Of a stretch of DNA of 64,000 bases, positions 1 through 10,350 are shown piece by piece. Position 1 is the first letter of the stretch; every line of letters begins with the position of its first letter. The position numbers were made by a program, and so were the translations under genes. The stretch is from Vicingaceae bacterium (GTDB lineage: Bacteria; Bacteroidota; Bacteroidia; Flavobacteriales_E; Vicingaceae): NCBI GenBank assembly GCA_965227255.1, contig CBDDFS010000003.1, positions 27,503 to 91,502 of the forward strand. Reading direction: 5' to 3'. The notes beneath the pieces are model-generated. The model did not search any database and had not been told where the DNA came from. It saw only the letters and a list, made by a program, of their open reading frames with translations.

Positions 1-13
1 AATATAGATGAAT

Positions 14-1072
14 TTATCGGAAGACAAAACCATTCGGAGCCACGCCGGCTTCAAAGGATTTGATCTGGTTTCCGTCAATGTCATATACATGCACCATGCC
101 CTTTGCCGTATAATCTTTAGCGTCAGACACATAAATCTCAGTACTTTCAGGATCTACTCCCAATCCATAGGCTGCACTGTAATTTTCGGCATTCGGAATG
201 AACTCGAGGCTCATACCATCATTGACTGAAGTCTTCGATACTCTGTCGGTCAACACAAACAGAATACCACCTCCTCCATTCATAGCGATCTTTTTAGGAT
301 AAGTTGAACCTGGAAGGAAATCATTCTGTACTTCGATAGCACCACTTGTTGGGTTAATTCTCAAAATAGCCGCTTCTATGCTGTTCCATGACTCGCCTTC
401 ACAAAGAACCCATAGCTTACCATTTTTATCCTCAAGAATCTGAGTAGGTGCTTCCGGAGTGTTGATTTCATCTTCCAGGGCAAGACTTTCTTTGTTGTAA
501 ACGAGAATTTTGTTTTTGCCCTTGTTGGCAACAAAGATCTTATCTCCTTTGAGATGCATTCCTTCACACCAATTGTCGACAGCAATACTGCTCTCAATCA
601 TATTTGTATTGGTATTGACAACATCAATGGTATTGGCAACAGGAACTGAATCAGGACCGAAGGCCAAATTTGTAACCAAAGCCTTGCCATTTCCGAGATC
701 AAGAAAGTATCTCGGAGAAGTAAAACCTGTGATCGTTGCTTCCGATTTAAAAGTGTTTTTCTTGACTACCTCTATTTTTCCAGAATTGTTAACAACAAGA
801 TAATAGTACGAGTCGTTTTCACCGATCGACTGCAGCACATCACCAACAAAAAGACCATCATTCATACTCCTGAATAGATTGTCAGTTTTTTCATCGTCAT
901 TACTGAATAAGGTCACCGTGGCATTACTTGCATTAAAAGCACCTTCGTTTACAACTAAAACACCGCTGTCGAGCTTCTTACTTCCCCCACCGTTGCTTCC
1001 TCCGTCATCTTCCTTCTGACAGGCGCTGAATATTACTACGGCCGCTATGGCCAACATGGTTTTGATCTTCAT
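14..1072 (-). CDS. Surface lipoprotein with a YncE-like/DUF5074-type beta-propeller; candidate B12-capture accessory protein
   Basis: 352-aa ORF. Signal peptide ends in a lipobox-like VIFSAC. Repetitive beta-strand-rich blades. Starts 14 nt downstream of the riboswitch-controlled TonB-dependent receptor on the same strand. Confidence 0.75.
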   Translation of the reverse strand: MKIKTMLAIAAVVIFSACQKEDDGGSNGGGSKKLDSGVLVVNEGAFNASNATVTLFSNDDEKTDNLFRSMNDGLFVGDVLQSIGENDSYYYLVVNNSGKIEVVKKNTFKSEATITGFTSPRYFLDLGNGKALVTNLAFGPDSVPVANTIDVVNTNTNMIESSIAVDNWCEGMHLKGDKIFVANKGKNKILVYNKESLALEDEINTPEAPTQILEDKNGKLWVLCEGESWNSIEAAILRINPTSGAIEVQNDFLPGSTYPKKIAMNGGGGILFVLTDRVSKTSVNDGMSLEFIPNAENYSAAYGLGVDPESTEIYVSDAKDYTAKGMVHVYDIDGNQIKSFEAGVAPNGFVFR

Positions 1073-1086
1073 TTTTGTTTAGAGAA

Positions 1087-3036
1087 TTAATTAATATGAT
1101 ACATAAAACTGATTGTATAGTTCTGCAGTGGCATTGGCATGTTTACCACATACTGATATTCTTCATTGAAAAGGTTATTAATCCTGAAACTCAGGACAGA
1201 CCTTGATTTATCAAATCTGAAATGTCTTCCAAATTCGAGTCTGGCCGGAGCCGAATACGGCAGGAATTCCGAATTATCTGTATTGATATAAACTCTACCC
1301 GTGTATGACTGACTGTAATTCGCAAAGTATCTTCCTTTTGTTACCTGGAACATCAGAAAGAGTTTGTGATCCGGTATATAGACCTGCTGGTTTCCTGTGT
1401 ATTCCGGATTGTTGGCATCTTCCTGAATCCTTGAGTCGACATAGGTATACCCCACCTTAAACGTATTGTTCCAGGACTTCAGGTTTAGCATGAATTCATT
1501 CTCAATTTCAATACCGCTGTTTTGAACCGCTTTCACGTTTTGCGGTGTCCATATTCCGTCTGCTCCAGGTGCCCAGTAAATAAGATTCTGTACATCGGCA
1601 TAAAATGCTGAAATAATGTAGCGGTAATTCCATGGCCTTTCTTTTTTACGATGTATTAAAGTGTGATCAAAGCTGATCTCTCCGGATACAGATTCTTCAT
1701 TCTCCAGGTCCGGATTTCCAGCACTCAGCCAAAATCTCTCATTAAAAGTTGGGTACCTCACATTTATTCCGGCATTGAAATAAAGCCACATAGAAGAATT
1801 GCGTCTGTTTGGCATATAACCGGCTGAAAATGAGGGTAAAATTAAAGGGTCTGCTCCATCGAAACTTTCGATTCTGGCACCTGCCTTCAAAAACCAACTG
1901 GACCAATATTGAAATCTAAAGGATTGATAAAAGCTGATCAGATCTTGTTGTTTCAGCTCTTCATAATTATTGGTTTCTGCTTCCTGTAGGTCATATCGAA
2001 ATTGACTCTCTGAAAACCAGGCTTGTCCAAGTTTGTATTCACTATGAATCAAATTATTCCAAGCCCTGATCTTGTTGCGACTATCGATGAGTGAAACAGG
2101 CTTTATGTAAGTCATGAAGTCCTCAAGCACCATGCTGCTCGCATTCAGAATGAACTTATCCTTCTTGCCCTTGTAATTATATGAGACCTTGAACCTATTC
2201 CAGAGATCATATTGACTGGCATCTCCATGATTGGCACCCATAGACGCAGGAACCTCACGTTTTGAGTCTAGATGCCAATATGAAAACTTAAAAGAGCTTC
2301 TTTCACCGGGTTCGATCAATAAATAGGGCATCCACTGAAAGCGCCGGTAGGCGGCATTCTCTCTGTTATCGATCTCATTTCTGTTGGCTTCATTTACGAA
2401 TTCGAAGTCATTATCTGATTCTGTATAATAGACCGACGAAACGAAGGTCAGTTTCTTGTTTTTGGAAACAAATCCGATATCAAAAGGCAGTGTTTTTGTA
2501 TTAAAGCTTCCATATTGTAGTCCCGTTCTGACAAAGACCACCTGTTTCTCTTTGTTCTGATACTGGTCAAGGTCCGGGTACTGTTCTATATCCAGAATAC
2601 CGCCTATTCCACCTGAGGCGAAATTCAATGAATAGGCCCCTTTCATCATTCTTGCCTCTACTGATGTGCCAAAATTCATCAAGGACATATCGGTTAGGCC
2701 CAATTGTGAATTGTCTACAGACATGCCTTCCCAGAAAATTCTGGTGTGATTGGCTGAGTTCCCCCTGTAACTTAAAGTAGAAACCGATCCCGGACCATAA
2801 TCCTTGATATAAATGACGCTGTTCTGATTCAGAAAATCTCCCGCATCAAGTGTATTATAAGAAGCGTATTCCAGCGAGTCAAAATGGATGCTGTGGTCGT
2901 GAGTAATGACTTCAACATAACATTCCTCAACCTGAACTTCGTCCAAAGCAAGCGTATCTATCTGAGCGTGGAGGCTTGAATGGAAACCGACAGATAATGT
3001 AAAAAACCAAAAACCAAGAGGAAATTTCCTCATCAT
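1087..3036 (-). CDS. btuB: TonB-dependent outer-membrane receptor, vitamin B12 (BtuB-like)
   Basis: 649-aa ORF with a signal peptide, a plug region, a beta-barrel pattern rich in alternating aromatics, and a C-terminal aromatic residue region. Lies directly downstream of a cobalamin riboswitch. Confidence 0.85.
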   Translation of the reverse strand: MMRKFPLGFWFFTLSVGFHSSLHAQIDTLALDEVQVEECYVEVITHDHSIHFDSLEYASYNTLDAGDFLNQNSVIYIKDYGPGSVSTLSYRGNSANHTRIFWEGMSVDNSQLGLTDMSLMNFGTSVEARMMKGAYSLNFASGGIGGILDIEQYPDLDQYQNKEKQVVFVRTGLQYGSFNTKTLPFDIGFVSKNKKLTFVSSVYYTESDNDFEFVNEANRNEIDNRENAAYRRFQWMPYLLIEPGERSSFKFSYWHLDSKREVPASMGANHGDASQYDLWNRFKVSYNYKGKKDKFILNASSMVLEDFMTYIKPVSLIDSRNKIRAWNNLIHSEYKLGQAWFSESQFRYDLQEAETNNYEELKQQDLISFYQSFRFQYWSSWFLKAGARIESFDGADPLILPSFSAGYMPNRRNSSMWLYFNAGINVRYPTFNERFWLSAGNPDLENEESVSGEISFDHTLIHRKKERPWNYRYIISAFYADVQNLIYWAPGADGIWTPQNVKAVQNSGIEIENEFMLNLKSWNNTFKVGYTYVDSRIQEDANNPEYTGNQQVYIPDHKLFLMFQVTKGRYFANYSQSYTGRVYINTDNSEFLPYSAPARLEFGRHFRFDKSRSVLSFRINNLFNEEYQYVVNMPMPLQNYTISFMYHIN

Positions 3037-3069
3037 ATTTCGCTTTTAGCCCGAAAGCATTTTTAAAAA

Positions 3070-3235
3070 TACATGGCAGGTCTTCTGACTAACCCCACAA
3101 TCAACGGCCTTCCCTTTCACAGAAAAGTGGCAAAGTATCGTTGACCTCACGGAGATCACAGCAGCGGGTACTGTTCAGGATTCTAACCTGATTCCCTTTT
3201 CATTCGGAATGCGAAAACATTACGAATACCACTTC
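3070..3235 (-). promoter_or_regulatory. Cobalamin (adenosylcobalamin/B12) riboswitch
   Basis: The minus strand carries three conserved blocks. These are aagggaatcaggttagaatcctgaacagtacccgctgctgtga, gccacttttctgtgaaagggaaggc, and the B12 box agtcagaagacctgcc (plus-strand 3075-3090). The element ends about 35 nt before the receptor ATG. Confidence 0.9.
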
Positions 3236-3405
3236 GACAAAAGTATAATTATTATCCGAAAGACTGGAATGATCTAATCTTATTATGAATCTTTTTTCAA
3301 CATCAAGCGTAAAAAAGTCTCTGTTCAAAATTACAAGGCCTAAATTCAAAGTTTTATCTTTGGAGATAGTAAGCCGCAGTTTTGGCATAATAATTTGAAA
3401 CTGAT

Positions 3406-3909
3406 ATGAGGAAGTTGATGATGATAGTGTTGATTGGAAGTGTCTTCCTGGGCGCTAAAGGAGATGATTTGAGGGCCTTTAAGTTTGAAGGAAAGGTATC
3501 AGACAGGTCAAGTGGCAATCCGCTTGAAGGATATGTTGTTGAGGTATATGAGGGAAACAAAGTTGTTCAAACACCTGAAGTGAGTAAGAAAGGAGAATTC
3601 AGCACTGAATTATTTGCAGGCTCCTGGTATACCATTGATGTGAGTCTGGAAGGATATTATCCGAAAAGAGTTGTAGTTCATACCAATGTGCCGGAAGAAA
3701 TTAAAAAAGTACCGACATTTAAGTTTGAGCTTGAGTTGATTCATACCTCTGAATACGATTTCCTTGAGAATCAGGATCCGCTGGCTACATCCATATTTGA
3801 CTTCCCTTATGTGATCTTCGAGTGGGATACCGACATGGAGGACTTCAATTACAGAAGAGCCTATACAGAGCATATTAAAGAGAAGTATGCCGAAGTAGAC
3901 GGCATCTAA
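3406..3909 (+). CDS. Hypothetical secreted protein, possibly with a carboxypeptidase-regulatory-like beta-sandwich
   Basis: 167-aa ORF with an N-terminal hydrophobic signal. GKVSD..G.PLEGYVV.V motif. Confidence 0.6.
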   Translation: MRKLMMIVLIGSVFLGAKGDDLRAFKFEGKVSDRSSGNPLEGYVVEVYEGNKVVQTPEVSKKGEFSTELFAGSWYTIDVSLEGYYPKRVVVHTNVPEEIKKVPTFKFELELIHTSEYDFLENQDPLATSIFDFPYVIFEWDTDMEDFNYRRAYTEHIKEKYAEVDGI

Positions 3910-3979
3910 AGCTACATTGGGAAGGTTTGCATTGCGATCTCTCCCGCCCTGTTAAAGGCGTCCATATCCAAACCCAGGT

Positions 3980-4768
3980 CTACGTCACTTCGTCGAAATA
4001 ATTTAAAAGAGCTTCTGTAGGCATGTTGCCTACCAGTTCATCTGAAGCCATGGGGCATCCACCAAAACCTTTCATGGCTCCATCAAAGCGATAGCACCCA
4101 TTGGTGTATGCGGCATTGATCTTAACCCTCCATTCCGGTGGTCGAATGTGAATATGCGCTCCCAATTCAATATCAGGATAACGTTTAGTTAGATTGCCCA
4201 CGAGATATTCAATGCTTTCTACGGTTGATGTTCCAATAGTATCAGCAAGAGAAACGATTTTGATTCCTCTCTGAGCCATCACATCCATCCAACGAGCAGC
4301 AATCTCTATGTCCCATTCTTCATTGTAAGGATTTCCGAATGCCATGGACAGATATACTACAAGTTCTTTATTCGATTTCACAGAAATGTTCTGAATCACA
4401 TCTATACGCTCAAGTGCTTCTTTGATGCTGGAATTCGTATTTCTCTGCTGAAAAGTCTCAGAAATGGAGAATGGAAAACCGAGATAACTCACTTCATCAA
4501 AATCAGTTGCAATCTCTGCTCCCTTAGAATTGGCTACGATTACAAGCAATTTCGAATTTGTTTGAGAAAGATCCAGCTTTCGAATTACTTCGGCTGTATC
4601 TTTCATTTGTGGAATGGCCTTCGGAGAAACGAAGCTACCCATGTCCAGTGTATCAAAACCAACTTCCAGCAATGACTGAATATACCTGACCTTCTTATCG
4701 GTTGGTATAAAGTCGTGAATGCCCTGCATGGCATCACGTGGACATTCTATGATCTTGACCTTAGACAA
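3980..4768 (-). CDS. Hydroxymethylglutaryl-CoA lyase (HMGL-like family)
   Basis: N-terminus KIIECPRDAMQG and a TIM-barrel DRE-type pattern. GGCP...GN near the C-terminus is typical of HMG-CoA lyases. Confidence 0.85.
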   Translation of the reverse strand: MSKVKIIECPRDAMQGIHDFIPTDKKVRYIQSLLEVGFDTLDMGSFVSPKAIPQMKDTAEVIRKLDLSQTNSKLLVIVANSKGAEIATDFDEVSYLGFPFSISETFQQRNTNSSIKEALERIDVIQNISVKSNKELVVYLSMAFGNPYNEEWDIEIAARWMDVMAQRGIKIVSLADTIGTSTVESIEYLVGNLTKRYPDIELGAHIHIRPPEWRVKINAAYTNGCYRFDGAMKGFGGCPMASDELVGNMPTEALLNYFDEVT

Positions 4769-4792
4769 AATCTATGTATTTGAGATTGAAAC

Positions 4793-5230
4793 TTAGGCGT
4801 CCTTGTTTCCAATGATCAGGATGTTGCAATCCCGAACGCTGGAACCATGTGATTTAGGAGGCGTTGGTAAGATGGTCTTTACTGTGAATTCCTGTGTCGA
4901 TTTCACTTCAAAGTCCCACTGCATTGCAAATTCATGCTCTGTATTATCAAAAAGCACATTGCCATCGCTGTCCAGTAATACCACCTGTATCTTTCCCAGT
5001 GTAGCTTTTGAGCAATTGATCAAACGATATTTTTGTCCACCGTTCAACACAACAACCAGGTCGATCTCTTGTCCCTGAGATACATAGCCCCCATACATTC
5101 TACCACTTACCTGGTAATCTTCCAGCTGATCCTGGCAATTGTTTTTTACGAATGACTTACACTGAGCCTGGGCGGAAAAAGAGGCTATGCTGAGTCCGGC
5201 AAATAACAACAAGTTCTTAATTTTCAACAT
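4793..5230 (-). CDS. Hypothetical secreted protein
   Basis: 145-aa ORF with a signal peptide ending SAQAQ. No recognisable catalytic motif. Confidence 0.6.
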   Translation of the reverse strand: MLKIKNLLLFAGLSIASFSAQAQCKSFVKNNCQDQLEDYQVSGRMYGGYVSQGQEIDLVVVLNGGQKYRLINCSKATLGKIQVVLLDSDGNVLFDNTEHEFAMQWDFEVKSTQEFTVKTILPTPPKSHGSSVRDCNILIIGNKDA

Positions 5231-5236
5231 CTTTCT

Positions 5237-6136
5237 TTATTCTATGTATCCGTTTCTAATTTCTTCAATTTTTGCGCAAAGTGCGTCAAGATGAGTTTGA
5301 TCAAAGGTCAAATCCGTCTCATTACCAATCACCGTGCTTTGATTGTCAGCATCTGTACTTGTTTCTCCACTCGAATGTGTGATCTCCACATCGTTATAGA
5401 TCTCCTGTAATTCTTTCAGCATGGTTATGCTCTCTTGAACTTCAGAATCTGTACCCGCACTTGCATTCAGATAAAGCAACAAGTTTTTCAGAATCAGCTT
5501 TTGCTCAATGATACGATCTCTGATCTCTTGATTTTCAGGAGAACGGGCCGCCATATCACAGGCAATGTGCATTGATTCTACCCAACCACCGGTTATTACA
5601 AGGGCAGCAACTTCGGGTCTTTCGTTATCGGTAAGATAAGCATCAGCCGACCAGTAAAATTCCGATATGATGTCGAGCAGGGCGTCTCTGTCTTCAATGT
5701 TCGATTCGATCAGGGACAAAAGGTCGGCTTCAAAAGCACCATCCATTCCCAATTCATCTGTCAAGGCCTTAACCGTCTTCAGATAGTTGATGGCATTCTG
5801 AGTCTCTTCAAACATGGCAGAATAGGCCAGGTCGGCACCATAAACACCAAGATTAAGCGCTTGCTTATAATGTGTTGTATAATTCTGGCTATTTTCAACG
5901 TCATTCAGTAAATCACTGGAGAAGGTCGCACCTGAATTCTTCATTATGCTCGCAACTTCAACTAGGGACGGGGTGGCATAATAGACCACTTTCTTCGGTT
6001 CTTCTTCAACTACCTCTTCTGGCATTTCTTCAAGGTTCATACCTTCATCTCCCGCAGGATCAGTATCTCCGGCACAAGAAAACGTCATGGCAGCCACAAT
6101 AACTGGAATGTAAATCCGGTTTAATTTCATCGTCAT
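5237..6136 (-). CDS. Hypothetical lipoprotein, alpha-helical
   Basis: The ORF track extends to 6187. The internal ATGs at 6136 and 6130 precede a lipoprotein signal (VIVAAMTFSCAG). Confidence 0.6.
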   Translation of the reverse strand: MTMKLNRIYIPVIVAAMTFSCAGDTDPAGDEGMNLEEMPEEVVEEEPKKVVYYATPSLVEVASIMKNSGATFSSDLLNDVENSQNYTTHYKQALNLGVYGADLAYSAMFEETQNAINYLKTVKALTDELGMDGAFEADLLSLIESNIEDRDALLDIISEFYWSADAYLTDNERPEVAALVITGGWVESMHIACDMAARSPENQEIRDRIIEQKLILKNLLLYLNASAGTDSEVQESITMLKELQEIYNDVEITHSSGETSTDADNQSTVIGNETDLTFDQTHLDALCAKIEEIRNGYIE

Positions 6137-6239
6137 TCTTCGTAAAAATTGGTGTTTAGAATCGGGGACTAAAGATAGATATTTCATACAAACCTCAAAA
6201 CGTCCCTCATTTGAATCTGAAGGCCATTTTGTGAATGGC

Positions 6240-7256
6240 TTAACGAATCTTTCGGTTGATCTCTTTTATCAATGCTGGACCTCCATAAATAAAAGAGGTA
6301 TAGATCTGAATCAAATCAGCACCGGCGTCCAGGAAGTCCTGTGCGTCTTTTGAATCTGATATTCCGCCAACACCAATGATTACAATCTTTTTATCGGACT
6401 TTTCCCGCAAGAAGCGCACAACCTCAAGAGATCTTTCTTTCAAGGGTTTACCGCTTAGTCCACCATTTCCTATTCTTTCGATTTCTAATTCGCTTGTATT
6501 CAATCCTTCTCTCGAAATGGTGGTATTTGTGGCGATCACCCCTTCAATACCCGAAGTCTGCACTATATCAATTATGTCTAAAAGCTGATCATTCGTCAGG
6601 TCTGGAGCTATCTTTAGCAGAATGGGCTTGGGATTGTCTTTTTCTCTGTTCAATTCCTGAAGACGATTGAGGATTTTTAAAAGTGGACCTTTATCCTGAA
6701 GTTCTCTGAGGCCCGGAGTATTCGGTGAGCTCACGTTTACAACAAAATAGTCAACATGATCATGAAGTGCCTTGAAACAGGTGACATAATCTGAAAGTGC
6801 TTCTTCATTCGGTGTCACTTTGTTCTTTCCAATATTTCCGCCGATGATCATCCCATTTCCATTCCCTTTCAGTTTCTTAACCATACTCTCCACACCTTCA
6901 TTGTTGAATCCCATCCGGTTAATTAGAGCTTTATCGGCAGGCAATCTAAAGAGTCTCGGTTTTGCATTTCCTGGCTGAGCTTTGGGCGTGACCGTGCCCA
7001 CTTCAACAAAACCAAAACCCAATGCCGAAAGTCCTCTGAACATAGAAGCATTCTTATCGAAACCAGCGGCTAGACCAAGTCTGGAAGGGAATTCAATGTT
7101 CATGACACGCACAGAATCCGCCTTTCCAGAATAAAACAATCTGACAATAGAATTAATCAGTGGTAAGGAGAAAAACTTTAGAAAGTTAGCTGCGAGATTG
7201 TGCGCCGATTCAGCTGAAAGATTGAATAAAAGTGGGCGGATCAGAATTTTATACAT
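6240..7256 (-). CDS. pyrD: Dihydroorotate dehydrogenase (quinone), class 2
   Basis: 338 aa. Motifs [30 protein letters not shown] and GVGGI are typical of PyrD. Confidence 0.9.
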   Translation of the reverse strand: MYKILIRPLLFNLSAESAHNLAANFLKFFSLPLINSIVRLFYSGKADSVRVMNIEFPSRLGLAAGFDKNASMFRGLSALGFGFVEVGTVTPKAQPGNAKPRLFRLPADKALINRMGFNNEGVESMVKKLKGNGNGMIIGGNIGKNKVTPNEEALSDYVTCFKALHDHVDYFVVNVSSPNTPGLRELQDKGPLLKILNRLQELNREKDNPKPILLKIAPDLTNDQLLDIIDIVQTSGIEGVIATNTTISREGLNTSELEIERIGNGGLSGKPLKERSLEVVRFLREKSDKKIVIIGVGGISDSKDAQDFLDAGADLIQIYTSFIYGGPALIKEINRKIR

Positions 7257-7292
7257 CGGCTGGCAAATATATCCATAACGTAGATGTTACCA

Positions 7293-7607
7293 TCACTGTT
7301 TGGCATATTCGTCATAGGTACCGTCGCTATTCAAGACTATTATTCTGTTCTGATTGTCCTTTGATATTGATTCAGAAGGAATTACTTTTTCTTCACTATG
7401 AGAAGTATTTTCTTTCAGACCGGAAATAAGATACTTGATATCGATATTGGGAAATGCACTCAATAGTTTTTCAAGAAATTCCAAACTGGGTTTATTTCGA
7501 CCTGACAAAATATGTGAAATCGAAGATGCCTGCACATTAATTCTCTCTGCAAAATCCTTCGCACTCAATCCATTTTGATCCATAAATTCCCTCAGTCTTT
7601 CTTTCAT
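7293..7607 (-). CDS. XRE-family helix-turn-helix transcriptional regulator
   Basis: 104 aa. N-terminal HTH (LSAKDFAERINVQASSISHILSGRNKPS). Confidence 0.8.
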   Translation of the reverse strand: MKERLREFMDQNGLSAKDFAERINVQASSISHILSGRNKPSLEFLEKLLSAFPNIDIKYLISGLKENTSHSEEKVIPSESISKDNQNRIIVLNSDGTYDEYAKQ

Positions 7608-7829
7608 ATTTTAACTCAATTTTCCGATGTATTACGATATCTAACTATTTACTCAAGATAACATGTATAATACGCTGATATAGTTAAATTTACATTAATA
7701 TTATTATCACTAATTTACTTTTGTAAATAAATCAATAATCAAATATACAAATAACCCATTAAACAGCCACTAATAATTGTTTATCAATCATTTAGAATAC
7801 ATTACAAATGTAAATATGCTAAGAAAAAC

Positions 7830-8501
7830 TTATTGACCGAGGATGGCGTTTTTACGCATGGCTTTCACGGCATTTTTACTCATTCCCTGAGCTACATTTT
7901 TTGCCGTTTTTGGATTGCTGGTTTCTGTCCTTGCTGACCATACAACTTGTGCTTCTTCGAGGTTAAGATCCACAACCCTAAAATCCATTTTCACCTTCAC
8001 ATCTTCAAAGGTTGCCCCCTTCTCTTCCCTCTTGCTATATTCCTGAACCAATTTAGAATAATTGGTAACGTCTGTAATTCTATAGAAACGATTCGTCGGA
8101 TAATCTGCCGCGGTATTTGTCTCAACATTACGAATGCTTACCAATTTCACCTCAATCATTCCTGTATACCCTTTATCCTTCAGGTCTTTGCGCAATGATT
8201 GAGCATCAGATGGTATGATCTCAGCATCCCGATAAATAACATAACCTTGCTTTGCTGTTACATTTTTGGAAGAAATGCTTTTTGCAACAATGTCTTCAAA
8301 TGTGGTTATCTCCATTAATTGACCGGGAAAAGCTATAACAGCGATTTTATCGATTTTGGAATCCTTGTAGAACTTTGTCTTGCCTTCCTGCAATAACTCG
8401 GTCGGGTGACAACCGATCAAGGCAAAAGTCACAGTCAATAAGGCAATCCTGCCGCTTTTCTTACTTCTTGATAATACTTTCAACATATTTCTCATCCTCA
8501 T
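7830..8501 (-). CDS. Hypothetical lipoprotein
   Basis: Lipobox LIGC after a basic/hydrophobic N-terminus. Alternative starts at 8495 and 8486. Overlaps the 3' end of the upstream peptidase gene. Confidence 0.6.
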   Translation of the reverse strand: MRMRNMLKVLSRSKKSGRIALLTVTFALIGCHPTELLQEGKTKFYKDSKIDKIAVIAFPGQLMEITTFEDIVAKSISSKNVTAKQGYVIYRDAEIIPSDAQSLRKDLKDKGYTGMIEVKLVSIRNVETNTAADYPTNRFYRITDVTNYSKLVQEYSKREEKGATFEDVKVKMDFRVVDLNLEEAQVVWSARTETSNPKTAKNVAQGMSKNAVKAMRKNAILGQ

Positions 8502-10230
8502 TTAAAACCGTCATTACCTGGTATAATCCCGGGTTAAGATCCGACATATCCAGTATTTGACTTTCCTCACGTTCGAATTTGATATTTAATGATTCTTTTA
8601 TCAATTGTCCGTTCATATTATAGATGTAAACATCGATCTGATCAATGCTTAGATTGCAATTCCATCGGAATGATAGACCAGACTGGACAGGATTTGGAAA
8701 GAATTCATGACATTTCACTTCTTCCATATCATCTGTAGATAAGTACATTTCATCCTCATGTGTTGTTGGAATACTTTCATACACACCGTCATAATTCATG
8801 GGATGCAGAGAAACGTTTCCAGAAGGTGTAATCTCCCAAAAATCAATGTAATTCTTGTTGAAGGTCAGTACAGTATCAAAATACAATGATGGGGAATTAT
8901 TCTTTCTAACCCCTATTCTGTGATCGTAAAGAGAATCTATTCCTTCAAATTCGATGGCATATATGTTGCCAAATTCAGTTCTGTGGTAGACGGGCACCGG
9001 AATTGGTGGTGAATTGGCTATCAGCGATAAATTGACTGCATTCGTCATTGCATTTCTTCTGAGGTAATTGAAATCAACAAGGAAAGTGTCAAGTATGCCA
9101 TCTGGAGGATTGCTCAGATCATAGCCTAAAACATCCGTAGTTGTATGCTGTCGATCTGGAGAAGTACCTGAGCCGTCTCCGTGTTCATTCGCTGAAGTGA
9201 ATCGTATTGCCCTCATCTGTCTCTGACGGAAAGGAATATGATCACCTCCTCTGCCCTGTCTGTCCTCCCTGATCTGGAGTCGCAGATTTATATTGTAGCC
9301 GGTGACCGGATTCACTTCTTCAATCTGTTGCAGCTTTAAGTAACGTGCCAGTTGTTTATGGATTGAAATAAATGATGTGTCATTGGCTGGTGACCAGCTA
9401 AACACACGCAGATTCATGCTGTCGATAGCTCCGATGGGCTCACATTTTGGTGGGGATGACTTTGGTCCGCACTCCACACCACCTACCACATCATTATTCA
9501 GGCAGGCCAGCACTTCAATATCAAGATTATCAAGATAAATGGCCATGGCTTCGCCTCCATTCAGACCTTGCTCCTCACCGGTTACAGTCGTGAAGATGAT
9601 GGTCCTGTCGAAAGCGAACTGACTCAGAACTCTGGTAATCTCCATAACCAAAGCAGTACCACTTCCATTATCATCCATGCCAGGAGCATAACAAGAGGTA
9701 TCACATCTGCCCTCACACCTACTGTCCATATGACCCTCAATAACAAGAACATCCTTTCTTGAAGTGTCCAATCCGGGCAATACACCAAGCACATTTCGAT
9801 GCTCTGACATACCACAAATGTTTTCAACAAAATTTAAGTATGAAACGATCAAACGATCCTCATTTTGAGAAGAATATTCAAGGAACTTTTTCCTGACCCA
9901 TCTCCTTGTGGCTCCGATTCCTCTGATACTTGAAATCGTATCAGAACCTGTGTTCCTATTGCCGAATGTCTCCAGTTTTTCAAGGTATGCTTTAAGTGTG
10001 TCGGCCGACAATTCCTGTTGTAAAATATTGATTACCTGATCCTTGGCCTCAATGTGATTCGAGGGTTTGTAATCGTTGGGGTTGTAGGCTCCCAGGAGTA
10101 TTTGTTCAACTTTAGGATTGTTAACGGTGACCTGAGAATAGAGATCAAAAGACAAGATACATCCTAATAGAAAGATGATTTGTCCAGCCGGTTTGACAAG
10201 TGGTCTAAAATATGAGCTAAATCCGGGCAT
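8461..10230 (-). CDS. M28-family zinc aminopeptidase with a T9SS C-terminal sorting domain
   Basis: M28 metal-ligand motifs (EGHMDS, DDNGSG). About 80-aa C-terminal domain FFPNPV...GLYQV typical of type-A T9SS CTDs. Confidence 0.85.
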   Translation of the reverse strand: MPGFSSYFRPLVKPAGQIIFLLGCILSFDLYSQVTVNNPKVEQILLGAYNPNDYKPSNHIEAKDQVINILQQELSADTLKAYLEKLETFGNRNTGSDTISSIRGIGATRRWVRKKFLEYSSQNEDRLIVSYLNFVENICGMSEHRNVLGVLPGLDTSRKDVLVIEGHMDSRCEGRCDTSCYAPGMDDNGSGTALVMEITRVLSQFAFDRTIIFTTVTGEEQGLNGGEAMAIYLDNLDIEVLACLNNDVVGGVECGPKSSPPKCEPIGAIDSMNLRVFSWSPANDTSFISIHKQLARYLKLQQIEEVNPVTGYNINLRLQIREDRQGRGGDHIPFRQRQMRAIRFTSANEHGDGSGTSPDRQHTTTDVLGYDLSNPPDGILDTFLVDFNYLRRNAMTNAVNLSLIANSPPIPVPVYHRTEFGNIYAIEFEGIDSLYDHRIGVRKNNSPSLYFDTVLTFNKNYIDFWEITPSGNVSLHPMNYDGVYESIPTTHEDEMYLSTDDMEEVKCHEFFPNPVQSGLSFRWNCNLSIDQIDVYIYNMNGQLIKESLNIKFEREESQILDMSDLNPGLYQVMTVLNEDEKYVESIIKK

Positions 10231-10350
10231 ATTTTCAAATTTTAAAATAACTTCGTAAGCCCTGCCAAATCGGGATGACCTGACTTAAAGGAAGTAATAT
10301 AAGAGATTTCATTTCAAATATAAATCATTTAGAACTCCAGACGCAAAAGC

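Noticed and set aside
3200-3560. ORF-track ORFs 3200-3388(-) and 3354-3560(-)
   Set aside because: They overlap the 5' part of the cobalamin riboswitch, or lie antisense to the better-supported 3406-3909 gene. They have no motifs and low-complexity translations.
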